Positions 13,402 through 35,501 of a stretch of DNA of 64,000 nt are shown one piece after another (positions within the stretch are counted from its first letter, which is position 1; the number at the start of each line of letters is the position of its first letter). This DNA is from Prorocentrum cordatum (Eukaryota), in contig CAUYUJ010000285.1 in the NCBI GenBank assembly GCA_963575745.1, positions 1-64,000 on the forward strand. The letters run 5' to 3'. Under the pieces are notes generated by a model. The model was not told where the DNA came from. It did not search any database and saw only the letters and a list, made by a program, of their open reading frames with translations. Position numbers and translations under genes: made by a program.

Positions 13402-13610
13402 TTACTACCACTGCTACTACTACTACTACTACAACTACTACTACTACTACTATACTCGACTACTACTAACTACGAACCTAACGACTACGACTACTGAACT
13501 ACACTACTACTACTACTACTAACTACTACTACTACTATTATTACTACTACGACTACTACTACTACTACTCCTACTACTACATCCTAACATCACCTACCTA
13601 CCATCATCAT

Positions 13611-13688
<78 letters not shown>

Positions 13689-13835
13689 ACTACTACTACT
13701 GCTACCACTACTACTACTAATCCTACTCCTCCTCCTCTCCTCCTCCTCCTCACTGCTCCTGCTACTGCTGCTGCTGCTGCTACTACTACTACTAACTACC
13801 AAGATCACTACTGCTACTACTAATACCAATACTAT

Positions 13836-13872
<37 letters not shown>

Positions 13873-13918
13873 GACTTACTACTACTACTACTACTACTAC
13901 TGCTACTACTGCTACTAT

Positions 13919-13972
<54 letters not shown>

Positions 13973-13973
13973 G

Positions 13974-14017
<44 letters not shown>

Positions 14018-14895
14018 CACTACTACTACTACCGCTACGCGCCAGCACCCAGTTGCGCCAGCATTGTTTCTTATGTCGTGGGAGGGCGGAACGTGTCCGT
14101 TGTTCCTTTCAACATGGCCAGTCTTGTCGTCGACGATGCGAAATGCGTGGCGGGAATGGGACGCGGCGCACATCCCGCGCGGACGTCAATGCGGTGTCCT
14201 GGGGTATCTTCCACTCGCACTGAAATGCCCGCGCAGCCCCCAGTTGTGCCATCACTGTTTCTTATGTTGTGGGAGGGCGGGTGGGAATGGGCATGCCATG
14301 CTTGACTCGATCGAGCTGGCTAGCTTGACCACCACTGTACCCATCCATGCCACTGTCCCACTATTTCCACCTCATTCCCATTGTCCCCACACCACTGTCC
14401 CCACCACCACCGTCACCACCACTGTCCACTGCCCCCCCCTGTTCCCACCATTGTCCCCACCACTGTCCCCACCACTACCGTCCCCACCACTGTCCCACTG
14501 TCCCACTGTCCCCACCACTGTCCCGCTGTCCCCTCACCACTGTCCCCACCAGCACCGTCCCCACCACTGTCCGCACCCCCACTCGGTTTTCGAGGGGGGG
14601 GGTTCGAACGTAGTGACCCCACCCCTTTTTGCGATGGGTGAGGGGAAAAAAACGCCCTGAAAGGGGGGGGTTCGAACCGGTAGTGACCCCCCCCGGTTTT
14701 CGAGCGGGGGGGGGGGTTCGAACCGGTAGTGACCGCCCCCCTTTTCATGATGAACTGGGGGGGGGTGGGGGAGGGGTTCGAACCGGTAGTGACCCCCCCT
14801 GGTTTTCCGGAAGGGGGTAGGTGGGGGGGAGGGGTTCGAACCGGTAGTGACCCCCCCCTCGGTTTTCCGCCAGCAGCGGTAGAACACGCTCTTTC
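11662..14895. mobile_element. 3.2-kb non-autonomous composite TIR element (Mutator/hAT-like) inserted in an (ATC)n tract
   Basis: 24-bp TIR with 21/24 match (GAAAGAGCGTG..), inverted subterminal GGTCACTACCGGTTCGAACC arrays, TCATCATC on both flanks. Confidence 0.8.
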
Positions 14896-15030
14896 TCATC
14901 ATCACCATCATACTCGTCGTCATCATCATCATCATCATCATCACCATCACCACCATCACAACCACCACCACAATCATCATCACCATCAGCAGCATCAATA
15001 TCATCATCAACACCATCATCGTCATTCTAG

Positions 15031-15087
<57 letters not shown>

Positions 15088-15661
15088 CCATCAGCATCAT
15101 CATGATCACCAACCTCACAATCCCCATCGCCATCGCCATCGCCAGCATCATCATCACCATCAACAGCGTCATCAGCACCATCACCATCATAATCATCAGT
15201 ATCATCATCATCGTCATCATCATAATCACAATCATCATCATAATCAACATCATCACACTTATCAGAATCGTCGTCGTCGTCGTTGTCGTCGTCGTCATCC
15301 TCATCACCATCAGCATCATCATGATTATAGTCGTCATCGTCATCGTCATCGTCATCCTCGACATCGTCACCACCACCATAATCATCATCATCATCCTCAT
15401 CATCATCGTACGCATAACCATAATCACCAGTATGATCAACAAAGCCACCATCACCATCATCATCATCATCATCATCGTCATTATCGTCAGTATCATCATT
15501 ATCATCATCGCCATCATCGCCATCATCGTCATCATCATCAACATCAACATCACCATCAACACCATCACCATCATCACTGGCATCAGCATGAGCATGAGCA
15601 TGAGCATCGTCATCATCATCATCATCACCATCACCATCACCATCATGATGATCACCACCGC

Positions 15662-15714
<53 letters not shown>

Positions 15715-15772
15715 TCAGCATCATCATCAACATCAGCATCAGCATCATCAGCATCAGCATCAGCATCATCAT
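14896..15772 (+). repeat. (ATC)n microsatellite; continues 11415-11661; another tract at 46968-47214
   Basis: Direct inspection. Confidence 0.95.
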
Positions 15773-15779
15773 GCACGCA

Positions 15780-16475
15780 CTCTCCTCACACGCTTCGTGT
15801 CCCCACAGAGAGCTCCACCCAATGCCTCAGTGGCAGGGTCCGCATGATTATCCGCACCATTTTTGGCGCGCCCCTAAGGAGCTCCACCCGAGGCCCAGTG
15901 ACAAGGTCCGCATGGTTACCCGCCCCTTTTCGGCGCACCCATCACACGCTTCGCGGCGCCACAAGGAGCTCCAGCGAAGACCCCCGTCGCGAGGTTCACA
16001 TGGTTGCCAAGCCCATTTCGGCGCACACCTCACGTTGCGTGGCCCCATCGAGAGCTCCACAGAAGGCCACAATAATAGGGTCCGCATGGTTACCCGCCCC
16101 CATGTCGGCGCGCCGCTCATACGTTTAGTAGCCCCATAGGGAGCTCCATCGAACGCCTCAGTAACAGGGTCTGCATGGTTACCCGCGCCATTTCGGCGTA
16201 CCCCTCACACGCTTCGTGGCCCCATAGGGAGCTCCACCTAAGGCCCTAATTAGTGACAAGGTCCTCATGATTACCCGCACCGTTTCGGCGCACCCCTCAC
16301 ACGTTTCGTGGCCCCAGTCGCAGGGTCCGCATGGCTACCCGCCCCATTCCAGAGCACCTTTTCACACGCTTCGTGGTTCCATAAGGAGCACCGCCGAAGG
16401 CCACAGTGGCACGGTGCGCGTGGTTACCCGCTCCATTTCGGTGTGCCCCTTACACGTTTCGGGTCCCCATTGAGA
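15780..16475 (+). repeat. ~88-bp degenerate tandem repeat
   Basis: Recurring GGAGCTCCA..., GGTCCGCATGGTTACCCGC and TTTCGGCGCACC motifs. Confidence 0.85.
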
Positions 16476-16589
16476 GCTTCACCGTCGAGCGGTCCTGTTT
16501 ATAGCTTCCGCGCGTTTCGAGAGGGTCGGTTCCTTCGCCAGGGTAATTGTTTGCGCAGGATTATTCACGGATTGGGACTCCCAGCACTT

Positions 16590-16764
16590 GGTAGTCGAAG
16601 CCAATCTGGCGCCAATCTGGCAGGCCCAATCTGGCAAACGGGGGCAATCTGGCGAGGGAGCCAACGCGAATCCAGTCTAGCGAATAACCCAAATCATCCA
16701 GTTTGGCCAGGCCAGATTGGCCCGTGGGGCCCAATCTAATCTGACAGTCTGGCCTTCGACTACC
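16590..16764 (+). mobile_element. GGTAGTCGAAG-TIR element, copy 2
   Basis: Near-identical to 3349-3512 with one extra CCAATCTGG subrepeat. Confidence 0.8.
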
Positions 16765-17311
16765 TAGATAATGTTCCCCCCGCGGCGGCCACCGCCCAGG
16801 CCTCCACCGTCGTCGTCGCCGCCACCGTCGTCATCATCGTACTCGCCCAACCTGCCCATTCCCCTCTCTACCCTCCTCCTCCTCCTCCTCCTCCTCCTCC
16901 TCCTCCTCCTCCTCCTCGTCCTCCTCCTCGTCCTCCTCCTCCTCCTCCGCCTCCCCTTATCGCCCTTCTTCTCCTCCTCCTCCTCCTCCTCCTCCTCCTC
17001 CTGCTCCCCCTTCTCTCTGTAAGCAGAGGCTGAGCAGGAGGCGCCCCTTGCGTGAGAGGACGAGTGGGAAGACGAGGAGGGGAAGGACGAGGAAAGGAGG
17101 GCAGAGATTTTATTGCCAGCTGTGAACTCAAGGGAGGGGAGGGCAACGTTCAAACTCCTTCCGGGCTATTGCTCCCCTATTGCCGTTCGCCTGGTCCTTG
17201 GAAGCGGGCAGCTGTCTGGCCCAGGCCACAGGGCGGTGCGAAGCGCGATTCTCCTTGCGCTCTTGGGGTGACCTGGAAGGAAGATGGGGGGAAAGGACTG
17301 ATCAATGAAGA

Positions 17312-17479
17312 TACACCACGCGAAATGATTAAGAAATCATGGGTTAAGAAATTAATGGTCTCAGAACTTGAATAAAAAACCCCAAATCGATCAAAATCTT
17401 AGGATTTACATTGAAACGTTAAGAATAATCGAGACTCTGGCCGAAAACTTAAGTTTTCTTAAGCATCGCCTAAAGTGTA
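17312..17479 (+). mobile_element. MITE family A, copy 2
   Basis: Same internal core (AGAATAATCGAGACTCTGGCCGAAAACTT), TA at both ends. Confidence 0.85.
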
Positions 17480-18029
17480 CACTGGTGTTACACCTTGTAA
17501 ACACATGTGTGAACTTACAGGTCTCCGGAAATCCGCACCGGTCGGCGCTGGACACCCCCTCCCACCAAAGCGGCGCGGGAGGCGCCGCTCCTCCTCCTCC
17601 TCCTCCTCCTCCTCCTCCTCCTCCTCCTCTTCCTCCTCCTCCTCCTCCTCCTCCGCCTCCTCCTCCTCCTCCTCCTCCACCTCCTCCTCCTCCAAACGTT
17701 CTCAAGACTGTTTCCACTTGACCGCGATGTCTTCCAATGATGGGTGAATGCTTATGTCTCCCGGAGCTAGTCGAGGGTTGCCCAAACCCAGCAGTGCTCG
17801 GCAAATCCGCCGGCCCCCTTGTGGGGCCACCAGGCTGTAGGGTGAGGGTTTGCTGTTCCCTGCGCCAGTTCCAGCTTCCAGTTTCCATTGTTACAATATT
17901 GCGTTATGCTGTTTCCTGCCTGTTCCTTGTTGTCGAACGCGCGAGAGGGCAAACAGAAAAACGTCCAGATTACCATGCCCGAGTCGGGTGCTTTGAATGG
18001 GGGGCGTGGGACACGCAAAAATACTTGAA

Positions 18030-19745
18030 ATCCGCGCCCCCTAGGCCATAAACTTTGTAAATTACCAATAGTTGCGTCCCCGAGGTCGTAAACTCTTTCG
18101 AATTACAATGCTCGCGCCCCCGAAGCCATAAACCCTCGCAGAATACCCCATATTCGTGTCACTGAAACCATAGACCCTGGTAACATATGCAATACTTGCG
18201 CCCCCGAGGCCACAAACGCGGGTAAATCATGCAATGCTCGCGTCCCCGAACGCATAATCCGTTGTAAATTACAGTGTAGTCGTTTCTCCGAAACCATAAC
18301 CCATGGTAAACTATAATAATATCTTGCACGCGGCGTCTAGAACTCCGACACTTTGTTCCGCGTCGCGCCCCCCACCCCCGGCGTCCCCAACGCCAAAGTG
18401 GGACCCCCGCGCCGTGGCTCTCTGCCCAGAGCCCCCCCCGCGTCCCCAGCGCCCTAGCGGGAACGCCGCCCACTGCCCCCTCCGCCACGAACGCTTTATT
18501 CCGCGTCCCCCCCCCCCCCCGCGTCCCCAGCGCCAAAATGAAACGCCCGCGCCGTGTCTGTCTGCCCCGAGCCCCACCGCGTCCCCAGCGCCCCAGCGGG
18601 GGCACCGCCCAATGCCCCCTCCGCCACGAACGCTTCATTCCGCGTCGCACACCCCCTCCCCCGCGTCCCCAGCGCCAGAGTGGGACCCCCGCGCCGTGGT
18701 TCTCTGCCCCGAGCCCCACCGCGTCCCCAGCGCCCCAGCGGGAACCCCGCCCACTGGCCCCTCCGCCACGAACGCTTTTTTCCGCGTCGCGACGCACACC
18801 ACCTCCCCCACCGCCCTCCCCACGTCCCCAACGCCCCAGTGGGGGCTCCGCCCCGTGCCCCCCCCGCCCCGACCATTTTATTCCGCGTCGCGACGCACAC
18901 CACCTCCCCCCCCTCCTCTCCGCGCTTCCAGCGCCCCAGTGGGACCTCCGCCTGTGCCCCCTCCGCTCCGAACACTTTCGTCCGCGTCGCGACGCACCCC
19001 CCCCCTCCCAACCTGGGATTTGGGCCCCGCTGCTGGGCCCCGAGGGGCGGTGTGTTGCCCCCTCTTCCCCCCTCCTCCGCCACCTCCTCCTCCTCCTCCC
19101 CCTTCCTTTTTGTGCAAGAGCCATGGCACACGTGCCACGTGTTTGCGTTCCCGATGCAATAAGCCATTGAAAAACATGTAATACGCGCGCCCCTGAAACC
19201 AAACAACCCTTTGCAACTTACGATATATGCACATGTCCGAAGCCATACGCCCTCGTCAGTTACACACTATTCGCGTGCCCGAAAAAAAGCATACACCTGC
19301 GTAAATGACACCATACTTGCGACCCCGAAACCATAAACCGTTATACATTACACACTAATCGCGGGTCCGAAACAACCACCCTTCGTACAGTACGCAATAT
19401 TCGCGCCTGTGAAGCCATAAACCTGCGTAAATCACACTATAGTCGCGACCCCCTAAAAAACATAAACCCTTCAACCTACGCACGGTCCACGTATCCGAAG
19501 GCCTAACAACCTTTTTGCAAATTGTAGTAGGTTCGCGTTTCCGAAGCCAGCCGCCCTGGTAAATTGCATAAAATGTCGCCGTGTCCGCGTTCCCGAAGCC
19601 AGGAAACCATAACCGCTCGTAGTTTACAAAAGATTCGCGTTTCCGAAAGCATACGCCCGTGTGAATTACTCAATACTCGTGTCCCCGAGGCCATAAGCCG
19701 TTGCAGGTTAGGTTAAACTTACGCTCTATTCGCATCCCCGAAGCC
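18030..19745 (+). repeat. ~41-bp degenerate tandem repeat (CGCGTCCCCGAAGCCATAAACCC..GTAAATTAC) split by a C-rich block
   Basis: Units at ~18030-18320 and ~19140-19745. Confidence 0.75.
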
Positions 19746-20109
19746 ACATTTCTGAAATTCGGCAGCACCCCTATCACGCAGATCGGCGGGGTCAGGGTCA
19801 AACGACCTATGGGATTTGCCACATTTCCGAACTTCGGCGGCGCGCCTGACGCAGATCAGCAGGGTCAGGGTCGAACAACCAATGGGAGTTGCCACATGTC
19901 TGAAACTCTGTGGGAAACCTCAGTGCACAGAATACGGAGGCAGGTTCAGAATGCAACACCGAGTTCAACAATACCATCAGAATCCCAATTTCTCTTGCCG
20001 ATGCTGCTTCGCGGCGGCGCCGAGGCCTCATGATGTAGCTCGAAGGGGGGCCAACGGCAGGGGTCGAAGCCCCTAGGATAACTATGCCGCCGCCCGCGCC
20101 GTCGTCGTC

Positions 20110-29130
<9,021 letters not shown>

Positions 29131-29456
29131 GAGGAGAGAGCGCGTTTCACGGGCGCTTGTCTCGGTAACATTCGGCGGCGCGTTTCGAACCGGGGGGGTG
29201 GCCCCCCCCAACCCTCGGCGCCGTCGATCAAAACCAGGAGGACTCCCCTCCCCCCCAAAACCCCACCCCTCCCGACCGCCCCTCCCCCCCCTCCCAAGGC
29301 TGGAGAACTGTCGAGAACCGGCGAGAAACGTCCGAAGCGTGGATCCTTGGACTCTCTTGGGGTGCGTCAGAACTCGAGCTTCGAAGCGGATCCAGCCGTG
29401 GCCTCAATCCTCGAACCTCCCCAGACATCCGCTGCCTTGAGTTTCTCAATACTTCT

Positions 29457-29628
29457 TGGGCGACGAGATCTATACATATCCACTGCTCCCTGGCCAGGCC
29501 CATCCTGAAACCAGCAGCTGTGTATCCGCCCTCCTGGCCAAGCCAGGAGCGCGCGGCGTATACACCGCTGGCGGGTTCAGGATAGGCCTGACCAGGGAGC
29601 AGTGGATATGTATAGATCTCGTCGCCCT
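29457..29628. mobile_element. Fold-back MITE with 8-bp TSD ATACTTCT (hAT/Merlin-like)
   Basis: 36-bp perfect TIR GGGCGACGAGATCTATACATATCCACTGCTCCCTGG, imperfect pairing continuing inward. Confidence 0.85.
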
Positions 29629-29890
29629 ATACTTCTGGGGTCTGGGGTCCCCGGAAGTCTGAGACAAACCACGACGAAGAGCCCGAACGACTCACACCAG
29701 GAAGAAGGGCCCGCACGACTCACACCAGGACGAGAGGCCCGGAGATATGCGGGGGCAGGCGGAAACACGCCTGAAAAACACGACTGTCGGCATGCTTCGC
29801 AAGAGTTGCTGTTTTGAGATGGGCTGGTGGGGATACGCGAAGCGTGAAGAATTTGCCCCATGGGCCCACTCATCATCCCGAGGCTTTCTG

Positions 29891-30220
29891 TCGGGGAAAT
29901 ACTGACCCGGGTCAATCCAAGCCCCGGTCAGTGAGGCCTTGCAGGATCCTGCACCATCGCGCATAGGGAGCCCACAAAGGACGTACGCGCCCAACTATGT
30001 ACATGAACACGGCCCCTCGATTCGCGAGACCGGCCGCGTTATACGAACATTTGTGCAATGCGTGCTCTCGAAACCAGCGTGGACTCATGCACATGTACGT
30101 CCTTCTTTCGCTCCTGAGCGCAGGATCCTGCAGAATCCTGCGCGCAAAGCCAGGTCAGTGTACCTCTGGCCCTGCAGGATCCTGCAAGATCGGCGCCGAC
30201 CCCCGCCCCCGGAGCCCCGA
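29891..30220. mobile_element. TCGGGG...CCCCGA element (GCAGGATCCTGC repeats), TSD TTCTG, hosting a nested element
   Basis: TTCTG at 29886-29890 and 30221-30225. Confidence 0.75.
29964..30117 (+). mobile_element. Nested 154-bp element, TSD GCGCA; second copy at ~34137-34290
   Basis: GCGCA|TAGGGAGC..AAGGACGTAC...GTACGTCCTT..GCTCCTGA|GCGCA. Confidence 0.8.
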
Positions 30221-30622
30221 TTCTGTGGACGGCCCAGCGAGGGCCCCCCCGGCTTAGGTCGGGCATGTTTCCCTACAGGCGGATTTTGGATGAAACGCTC
30301 ATGCTTTCTCACAAGATAATGTTTTAGATAATAAAGAATGCTCCCCAAAATCGTCCCCTGACTTTTTTTAATACTGTTTTTGAATTCTCCTCCTGTAGAG
30401 GGACATGCCCCATTGAACCCCCGGCGGCAGAAGGCGGAGACAAGCCTCCGCATCGCGCTGACCGAGGCGTCGGGGGGTCTGGGCCTCAGCCCCTCCCCCA
30501 GCGCCCAAGTCCAAGCCCGCACGCCCATGCCCACGCCGACGCCCACCCCCACCCGCGCCCACGCCCCCGCCCGCGCCCACGCCCACCACCTCTGCGCCTC
30601 TCGCCCCCGCGTTGCGCACATG

Positions 30623-30828
30623 TCAGGGGGACGTAAGACCTGGGTACAGGGGACTCGGAAATCCCCGACGAGGTCGTCAAAAAAATGACTAGGCCAAGCC
30701 TGCATTTTGACGAGGCCTCCCGCTGCAGACATCCCACGAAACTCCTCCTCGTCAAAATCCGAGGCGCGGTCGTCAAAAAACGATGGCGAACCCGAGTCCT
30801 GGCAAACCCGGGTCTTACGCTCCCCCGA
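30623..30828 (+). mobile_element. Family B, copy 3, TSD ACATG
   Basis: ACATG|TCAGGGGGACGTAAGACC...GGTCTTACGCTCCCCCGA|ACATG. Confidence 0.9.
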
Positions 30829-31200
30829 ACATGGGGTCTGCGTTGGCTCCCAGGAGATGCCCATCCAAAGACTACCGTTGAACGCGCTGCGCCTCGGGTG
30901 CCACTTCTGCGTCGGGAGGGCGGGTGGGAATGGGCGAGACGGCTTGCGGGCGGGGATGGTATCTTGCTCCCACCCCCACGCTCTGGGGAAAACAAAAGAC
31001 ACCGATACCGCTAAGTATTCCCAGGACCTCTCCCGGGGTGCGTTCTGACCAGGATTTCGAGGCGAATCCAGCGGTGGCGACGAGGGCCTCCCAGGATATT
31101 CCAAAAAGGGAAAATGGGCGAAGGGTAGCGTTATGGGAGTCTTTCCCTCCTCCGACACCCACCCCCGCACCCACGCCCACGCCCACGCCCCCGAACGCGC

Positions 31201-31320
31201 CATGCTCCCAATGTGCTCCGCGTCCAGCTTCTCCACGGCGCCGGTGGCGTGGCCGGTGGCCAGCAGGGCCAGGCAGCCGAAGGCCAGGAGCGCGAGCCTT
31301 CTGGCCGGGAACGGCTCCTC
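31201..31320 (-). CDS. Exon of DedA/VTT (TVP38/TMEM64-like) membrane protein: EEPFPARRLALLAFGCLALLATGHATGAVEKLDAEHIGSM
   Basis: 120 nt with high GC3, a cag|G acceptor and an ATG|GC donor. Hydrophobic helix. Joins in phase 0 to the exon at 10426 (..HIGSM|VRGAG..). An in-frame ATG at 31341 is an alternative start. Confidence 0.8.
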
Positions 31321-33448
31321 CTGCGCCGGCGGGTTGCGCATGCCCCTCCCTGGGAGGAGGGATCGGATCGATCCAGCAGAAGAGAGCGTCAAACTCCGCA
31401 GCACCGTCAGGAGGAGGGCGGGAGGAGGGAGGAGGATGGAGGAGGAGGAGGGGGAGGGGACAGAGGGGGAGGAGGAGAAGGAGGAGGACGATGAGGATAA
31501 GGAGGATGAGGATGAGGATGAGGATGAGGAGGAGGAGGATTAGGATGAGAATGACGAGGAGGAGGAGGAGGACGAGGAGAGACACTCCCATGGAAGAGAC
31601 GAGAAGAGGGCAGGCGGCCAAGAAACGGACGAGACGAGGGCAAAAGTCCATCCAGACGTCACCCCAAGATGGCGCCTACCGCCGGCGATCTCCTGGCCTT
31701 CTGCCTGAGACGGGCTCGTGCGAGGCGTCCGAACACGACAGTACACGTGTGGTAAGCCGAAAACGGCTTGTACCATGTCCATGGAACATGTACCATGTGT
31801 GGACGAAATCATGTCTCCGCGCTTGTAAAAGCAGGCTATGGACACGGGCGAGACCGAAGAGCCCGATGCGACCGGCAACCGAGGCGGAGGCGAACCAAGG
31901 GGGAAGGCGGGGGAAGCGAACCAATATCAAGTCTCAACACGGGCAGACATGATCGTGGAGAATATCATACCCAGCTACCCCAAACTGGCACCAGCGGCAC
32001 CGTTTCGTGGGTTCCCGAAAACGGCGGGTGGTGCACCAGCTATTCGAAGACGCTCGTCTCGTTCACAACGAGCTGAAATGTTACACTTGTCCTGCAAATG
32101 CTCGTCTGCGCATTTTTGGAGAGAAGGTTGATCAACAAGGAGGCTGCGGAGGACGTCCAGGGCTCGGAAATTCCGACGCGTCTGGACCACGGCGCTGTTG
32201 CACCACGAGGAGGAGGAGGAGGAGGAGGAGGAGGAGGAGGAGGAGGAGGAGGAAGAGGAGTACAAGTGGAAACCCAAGACGCATCACCGATGGTGCAATA
32301 ACATCTCCCTCCAGGTTCGCTCGTCACACGTCCCTACAATAATACATCCCCATTGCGGGACAGGGCCCATTTAGAAGACAACCGTCCGTGCTGCGGATAG
32401 GAAAAATCAGATCGGCGGATGCCAGAGAGCTCGCCGTCGCTCGCCCTGCGCGTGACCGACGCGAGTTGACTCGAGGGGGTCCCCAGACATCCGACGTCTC
32501 GATTTTTTCGAGACACGGGCCCCCAACCTCCCGACCACTTCCCCGGGACCGGTTTTTCATCCCGAGTCGTTTTGTTGACGGCCCCGAGGCCCGGCGAGGG
32601 CCTCCAGAGGCCGAAAACGAGGAAAAACCTTGGTCTCGATTTGTTCGAGACGCCCGATGTCTGGGTCTGGGCAGGAGGGAAAGCGGCCGTCGTCAGCGCC
32701 CCTCAAACGGGGACTCCACTGACGGGTACTTTGGCCAGTGACCCAGCGAACCCAACCCTTCCCGATGCTGGCAACGCTGCCTTGCCAGAAAGAGGCCCTA
32801 AAATGGCAACTTTCGGCAAAATTGCAAAGTACCCGTTAGTAAGTACCCGTTGCGGTGCCGTTGACGTCGGCGCGAAAACCCCGCCCGCCGGCCCCCGCCG
32901 GGAGAGCCCGGGCGCTCCCTCTCGCGAGGGCGCCTGGCGCTGCCCTCGGCGGTCCGCCCCCCGGCCCTCGTCGGCCCTCGGCCGTCCCTCGGCCGGCCCT
33001 CGTCGTCGTCGTGGGCGGGGGGCGTCCATTCCTCTCCTCCCTCTCCTCCTCCTCCTCCTCCTCCTCCCTCTCCTCCTCCTCTCCTCCCTCTCCTCCTCCT
33101 CCTCCCCCCTCCTCCTCCCTCTCCTCCTCCTCCTCCTCCTCCTCCCTCTCCTCCTCCTCCTCCTCCTCCTCCTCCTCCTCCTCCTCCTCCTCCTCCTGCG
33201 ACCTGATCCGTTCCATCCGGGCGGCATTCCTCGAGGCCTCGGCCTCTGCCTGTCGGCGACTCCGAAGGGTGTGGTCTGCAAAGGGTGTGGTTTGCAACTG
33301 GCGCCCTGGGGGGCACCCTGGGGGAACGGGCGGGGACCCCGACTGAGCTCTCCGCCGTGCCCCGAGGAGGCCCGACGAGGACGGCGTCGTGCCCCCCAGG
33401 TCCCCACGGCGCCGATCGCAAACCACACCCCGGCGTAACCTCACCCTT

Positions 33449-33669
33449 TGGGGCAGTGCAAAGGGGGGTCACCACCAGGGGGGTCGCCACTTCCTCGAGG
33501 AAACGCCACTTCCTCGAGACTTCCTCGAGGAACTGGGCCCCCCAGAGCCCCGAAAACGCAAAGAAACGTCCCAGAACATCCTCGACCCCTCGACTCTCCA
33601 TCCTGGAGCCTCGACTTCCAGGAGAAGCTGGCGACGCCCCCAGTGGTGACCCCCCTTGGCACTGCCCGA
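33449..33669. mobile_element. Element with TSD CCCTT, nested in another TIR element (~33253-33684); relative at ~6327-6481
   Basis: CCCTT|TGGGGCAGTGCAAAGGGGGGTCACC...GGTGACCCCCCTTGGCACTGCCCGA|CCCTT. Confidence 0.8.
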
Positions 33670-34569
33670 CCCTTCGCAGTCGCCTCTGCCTGGGCCCGCC
33701 GACGGGGCCCGGGGCAGGCAGCCAGGCCGACGAGCTGCCCCCCCAGGAAGGGAGGGGCCGAGGCCCCGCGCTCCTCCTCGAGGCCTCCTCCTCCTCCTCC
33801 TCCTCCTCCTCCTCCTCCCCCCTCCTCCTCCCCCTCCTCCTCCTCCTCCTCCTCCTCCCCTCCTCCTCCCCCCTCCTCCTCCTCCCTCCTCCTCCTCCTC
33901 CCTCCTCCTCCCCTCCTCCTCCTCCTCTCCTCCTCCTCTGCTCTCCTCCTCCCTCCTCCTCCTCCTCCTCCTCCTCCTCCTCCTCTCCTCCTCCTTCTCC
34001 TCCTCCTCCTCCCTCCTCCTCCTGCTCCTCTCCTCCTCCCTCCTCTCCTCCTCCTCCTCCTCCTCCTCCTCCTCCTCCTGGGCCCGCTCGACGGGCCTGG
34101 GGCGGGGAGCCAGGGCGGCTGGCTGCCCCCCAAAAGGAGGGAGCCCCCAAAGGGCGTACGCGCCCAGCTATGTACATGACCACGGCCCCTCGATTCGCGA
34201 GACTGGCCGCGTTGTACAGACATTTGTGCAATGCGTGCTCTCGAAACCAGCGTGGACTCATGCACATGTACGTCCTTCTTTCGCTCCTGAAAGAGGAAGG
34301 GGTCGAGATCCAGGCCTCGGAAAAGAACAGCGAACACTCGTGCCACATTCATCTGTCAACGCCTCCCCCTCCCCCCAACCGTCAAAGTTGGCGGTGGGTC
34401 TGATGCGTCGGCCCAACTTTGAGTTTGGGGGGCAGAGGGGGGTGTTTACTAATTTTTTTTCCTCTACCGTCTCTCCGGGGCCGCGGACGGAAAAAGTTGG
34501 ACAGATCGGCGGGTGCCAGAGACGGGGGGGGTCGCCAAGTCATGGCCCGAGGCACGTGGGCGGGCCACG

Positions 34570-34770
34570 TAGGGGAGCGAGCGATGACATAAACATGAAA
34601 GCTCGGAGGTCCGCGCGGATTTCTCGGATCGGCGCTGGAGCCCCCTGGCGGCGCCTCCGGCGCCGCCCCTGGCGCGCTCCGCGCGCCAGGGAGGGGGGTT
34701 CCAGCGCCGATCCGAGAAATCCGCGCGGACCTCCGAGTTTTCATGTTTATGTCACCGTTCGCTCCCCCCA
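34570..34770. mobile_element. Fold-back element with ~60-bp TIRs; relatives at ~51005-51096 and ~51898-51975
   Basis: GACATAAACATGAAAGCTCGGAGGTCCGCGCGGATTTCTCGGATCGGCGCTGGA and its near-exact reverse complement; flanks CCACG/CCAAG. Confidence 0.85.
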
Positions 34771-35188
34771 CCAAGGGGGAGGGAAGGGGGGGCGGGCGGG
34801 GCGGGGGGGCGGGGCAGGGAACGTGCCAAGAGAGGAGGAGAAGGGGGGGCCGTGACATCCAGGGAGAGACCTCGGAGCCCTGCCCACGGTATCCAACACC
34901 CCCTTGTCCCTTGTCCCCCCCCCCCTCCCCCCCTTTCCCAGACATCCGACGTCTCGATTTTTTCGAGACACGGGCCCCCAACCTCCCGACCACTTCCCCG
35001 GGACCGGTTTTTCATCCCGAGTCGTTTTTTAACGGTCCCGAGGCCCGGCGAGGGCCTCCAGGGGCCGGAAACGACGAAAAACCTTTGTCTCGATTTTTTC
35101 GAGACGCCCGAGGTCTGGGCTTTTGGACCCCCCCCATCCGTGCCCCGAGGAACCCGTCAGGTCGATGGTCTCTCGAGAGGCGGGCCGA

Positions 35189-35363
35189 TTGGGCGTGGCT
35201 TCATGGGGGGGTCACAAATGGGGGGGTCAGAAAAGGTCCCCTTTCGTGCCCCTTTCGGGCCCCTCTGGACCCCCAGGGGGCTCGTTTAGGTACCGTTTGG
35301 GTACCTTTTCGGACCACCCTCACCAACCCCCCATTTATGACCCCCCCATTACGCAACGCCCAA
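35189..35363. mobile_element. TTGGGCGT...ACGCCCAA element, TSD GCCGA
   Basis: TIR with ATGGGGGGGTCA subrepeats; exact 5-bp TSD. Confidence 0.8.
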
Positions 35364-35501
35364 GCCGAAGCCGACGGGCCCCCCCCGGGGGGGGGGCTGT
35401 GAAGCTGCTGCCGCGAGGAGCGGCGAGGGAGGAGCGGCGCCCCTCTTTTGTGGCCCCCGGCTGCGCCTCGATGCGCGGCGAGCCCCGTGGAAATCCATAA
35501 G

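Noticed and set aside
30405..30485. Possible extra exon (AQTPRRLGQRDAEACLRLL.. or DASVSAMRRLVSAF..)
   Set aside because: The direct 31201-to-10426 join already gives the family-like sequence; inclusion would disrupt it.
30085..31404. 439-aa ORF as a single gene
   Set aside because: It reads through two mobile elements; only 31201-31320 behaves as an exon.
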